A stretch of DNA of 10,000 bases, from NCBI GenBank assembly GCA_043801585.1, contig JAZDLX010000108.1, positions 1-10,000 of the forward strand, in the 5' to 3' direction. This stretch comes from a bacterium (GTDB taxonomy: Bacteria; Electryoneota; Electryoneia; Electryoneales; Electryoneaceae). Shown piece after piece: positions 8,801 to 10,000 of the stretch. Position 1 is the first letter of the stretch. Every line of letters starts with the position of its first letter. The position numbers were made by a program, and so were the translations under genes. The notes under the pieces were generated by a model that saw nothing but the letters and a program-made list of their open reading frames with translations, was not told where the DNA came from and ran no database searches.

Positions 8801-9316
8801 ATCCGAGCGAACGGCATCCACTTCGGCGGAGGGTATGACGTCCATCTTTTTCAGCGAAAGCGGCCTGATCCTGACTCCATCAACCATCAACTCCGAACGT
8901 TCGGGCAGATCGCGAGTCAACACATCCACACCAAACCCGGCACGCTGGAAACCTTCGGCGAGCTGGGACGCTTTCACCTCTTCGCCGCCCTCGCTGGGGT
9001 GGTAGTAATCGACCGCGATCAGGATGCGTGCGTGGGGTGCGGGACTGGATGAAAAAGGCGCAACTTGAACCGAGGTAGCCGCATCGTGCGTCTTACGGAC
9101 GGAAACCGAAGGATTCAACGGCAACGTCTTCATCTGTAAAAGCTCAGCGAGTTCCAGTTGCCCAAGCCTGCGCAGCAGTTTCGTAACCTTTTCGGTTATG
9201 GCTGGAGTGAGTGAGCGCCCGGTGGGCCCGGAGAGAGCACGCTCGATCGCGGAGAGAGCTGCGGATTCCTCCCCGAGTTCGATAAAACGCTCGATTTCCT
9301 GAAGCCAGGCTTCCAT
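5876..9316 (-). CDS. Multidomain glycosyltransferase: helical N-module / GT4 / degenerate GT2-like / TPR / GT2 (1146 aa)
   Basis: GT4 at ~9030-7955 (RILIAVDYYHPSEGGEE, LLHVGNYWPVKNQ, EADLFLLPSQGECGPPIVLLEAMSRGLP). GT-A-like region without DxD at ~7865-7250. TPR at ~7130-6920 (LDLALTSFENALDLDPLN). Canonical GT2 at ~6703-6100 (VAVVVPLHNQGRYL, VIDDGSTD, SATRNRG, CLDADD, YEDWEHW). Start ATG 9316 is chosen because it lies downstream of the sigma-54 site and aligns with the N-terminus of the other GT4. Stop is TAG. Confidence 0.92.
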   Translation of the reverse strand: MEAWLQEIERFIELGEESAALSAIERALSGPTGRSLTPAITEKVTKLLRRLGQLELAELLQMKTLPLNPSVSVRKTHDAATSVQVAPFSSSPAPHARILIAVDYYHPSEGGEEVKASQLAEGFQRAGFGVDVLTRDLPERSELMVDGVRIRPLSLKKMDVIPSAEVDAVRSDLREGYYDAVIALGSPTNWVSWFFADVKTTPVYYAPCINAEGYGRWKQASEFRHNLAALMRGFTRIVTLSHDGHDARFCLEEGIDFTPILDGADVPEPESGFSIRRELGIANNRPLLLHVGNYWPVKNQVALAEVMSATPGDWALMLIGRESSYRPDYYRLALKVFAKDQRIYHVPGLNRGKILAAMDEADLFLLPSQGECGPPIVLLEAMSRGLPWLANATVSNARLHRGGLIAPLHRFPEMITRLLRDSDLRDQLGTEGLSHFRKAYAVEKMANRYVALIEGRLDPQQVEPLGEDLPGRLYQTLREEKECTPPLDIVVIDSPVSSQELSATLASLAPTDVECIVVSQRPPDTIREMQPSPGLLRVVCPPTRMEAEGAWLQTGLSAGRARHALLLRAGDRMNPDSLKSLILRLEQSDPPDVLFMRPLTGMEIQPGADPFTHPRMMSDLLPLLYDAVVPLEPGRERRLPPLTGHVLRRAKLERFGGLDPELGEWLWVHIFGERARSLTWSSLRGEGVQLSLLSIQSRVPDRIQLRVARMLIKLHGPSSLVTPGEDVESVRIRFARVLIQSGETEEGLQEINESVKRKPTAEGLAVTGQLLVPHSLDLALTSFENALDLDPLNLDVISSMRSLESQLDPTVRLQLASRLRSRLDNADSGPGLSTRLLSLSVVNDQPELLREVMVRINRTRIPVPSPGEDTSPDVAVVVPLHNQGRYLREVLDSLRAQSYANWECVVIDDGSTDDSGQIAERLVQEYGDPRIRVIHQRNAERSATRNRGVEETSGRFIVCLDADDSLAPGYLEAARRALLSEPDLGWVYPVVLQYGEINRYWSIWPFDPWRLLTHNICLPSSMERREMFEETGGYPTTMNLYEDWEHWINGMSLGWRGRRIDMIGKFYRKPPDSTMAQVRKEKEFEAKLELIGRHSEFYRPLGNNERALLAKYPRIHPSLVRPGVTATWQLRNMTLRSRILSTVDIA

Positions 9317-9374
9317 GCAATTCCCGTTGACTCGCCAGTGTATCGGGCGGGCGGCACCCATGCCCTGTATTGAC

Positions 9375-9390
9375 TGCAAGAGCTGTACCA
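9375..9390 (-). promoter_or_regulatory. Sigma-54 promoter for the multidomain glycosyltransferase
   Basis: The minus strand reads TGGTACAGCTCTTGCA, one mismatch from TGGCAC-N5-TTGCA, ~60 nt upstream of ATG 9316. Confidence 0.75.
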
Positions 9391-9457
9391 GTGAAAGAAT
9401 CAATCAGAACGGATCGAAGGATATAAAAAACCAGGAATTACGTTCCGGAAAATGTTC

Positions 9458-9477
9458 CCCAAATCGCTTCGTTTGGG
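9458..9477. repeat. Inverted repeat between the divergent sigma-54 promoters (candidate activator-binding site)
   Basis: CCCAAA-tcgcttcg-TTTGGG, imperfectly extendable to TTCCCCAAA...TTTGGGAA. A TTCCGGAA palindrome lies next to it at 9443-9450. Confidence 0.35.
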
Positions 9478-9575
9478 AAATTATTGCCTCCTACGAGGAC
9501 GGATGTGGCCATTGTGGAAACGATGGAAGTGTAGTCAATGACTGATATTACAAGGCTTGAACGGGATCGGGTACG

Positions 9576-9591
9576 CGGCACACGAGTTGCA
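9576..9591 (+). promoter_or_regulatory. Sigma-54 promoter for the TagB/TagF-like gene
   Basis: CGGCACACGAGTTGCA is one mismatch from consensus with exact GG-N10-GC spacing, ~110 nt upstream of ATG 9700. Confidence 0.75.
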
Positions 9592-9699
9592 TGGTGAAGA
9601 ACGAATGTCTCGCTTGTGGATGAGGGCCTGCTATTGGGTCGGCTGTCCACCGGCGCGGTTTTCCGACGACCCGCGTGAAATCAACTCAAGGATGACAAC

Positions 9700-10000
9700 A
9701 TGGCACGGCGTGCCCTGATTTTTCTGTTCAAAAACGTGCACGTGCCGATTCTGCTGCCGATTTACGAGGAGCTGAAACGGCGGGGAGGGTATGAAATTGC
9801 CTTCTGTCTCTTCCCGCACACTCCCCAGATCCGAGCCGGTTTTACCCCCGAGGAAGAGGAGCAGATCCGCGAGATGGACGTGCCATTTGTCAAAGCGCCG
9901 CAGGACTGGCGTGCGGATGTCACCTTCATGGCCGACAATGTCGCGAACCTGCTGCGGGGTTGCGGCAAAATCGTCAACGTCGGACACGGGCTGCTGTCCA
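9700..10000 (+). CDS. CDP-glycerol glycerophosphotransferase (TagB/TagF-like) family protein, 5' part only (truncated by the window edge)
   Basis: Absent from the ORF track because there is no stop in the window. AAGGA RBS at 9688-9692. It reads MARRALIFLFKNVHVPILLPIYEELKRRGGYEIAF...QDWRADVTFMADNVANLLRGCGKIVNVGHGLLS. The PIYEEL helix and the (V/I)xxxHG motif resemble the TagB/TagF-family N-terminal domain. The CDS itself is well supported; the family call is moderate. Confidence 0.7.
   Translation, partial: MARRALIFLFKNVHVPILLPIYEELKRRGGYEIAFCLFPHTPQIRAGFTPEEEEQIREMDVPFVKAPQDWRADVTFMADNVANLLRGCGKIVNVGHGLLS

Noticed and set aside
9317..9403. N-terminal extension of the 1175-aa ORF
   Set aside because: It spans the minus-strand sigma-54 promoter. 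ATG 9316 aligns with the start of the shared N-terminal module.
1320..9987. Long antisense or alternate-frame ORFs (e.g. 1698-2291, 3749-4381, 6035-6862, 8090-9052, 9631-9987) and intergenic ORFs 2923-3342, 2990-3178, 9315-9545, 9438-9650
   Set aside because: They are shadows of well-supported genes in GC-rich DNA or overlap promoter regions, and show no recognisable motifs.
1..10000. CRISPR arrays, IS/transposases, phage or defence genes, tRNA/rRNA
   Set aside because: I saw no regularly spaced direct repeats, terminal inverted repeats, recombinase/nuclease motifs or RNA-gene signatures. The methyltransferase lacks DNA-methyltransferase motifs such as DPPY/NPPY or PC.

Overview
Bacterial accessory locus encoding cytoplasmic glycan synthesis and modification enzymes. 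From left to right: a short 3' end of an unidentified gene; a TPR-fused PAPS-dependent sulfotransferase broken by two homopolymer frameshifts and one in-frame TAG (205-1279, +); a WcaC-like GT4 glycosyltransferase (-); a TPR-fused class I SAM methyltransferase followed by a GT2-TPR glycosyltransferase (+, probable operon); a ~1146-aa multidomain glycosyltransferase with GT4, degenerate GT2-like, TPR and GT2 parts (-); and the 5' part of a TagB/TagF-like (CDP-glycerol glycerophosphotransferase family) gene that the ORF track missed (+, runs off the end). Three points stand out. (1) Both divergent intergenic regions carry back-to-back sigma-54 (-24/-12) promoter motifs. (2) All five full-length enzymes carry TPR or TPR-like helical modules, mostly joined by Pro/Ser/Glu-rich linkers. 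(3) The two minus-strand glycosyltransferases share a ~65-aa N-terminal module (M-x-A-W...GQ). My inference is a sigma-54-controlled, TPR-targeted pathway building a methylated, sulfated and phospho-decorated glycan, possibly on a protein such as flagellin. I saw no RNA genes, CRISPR arrays or mobile elements. All calls come from reading motifs by eye; no database searches were run.
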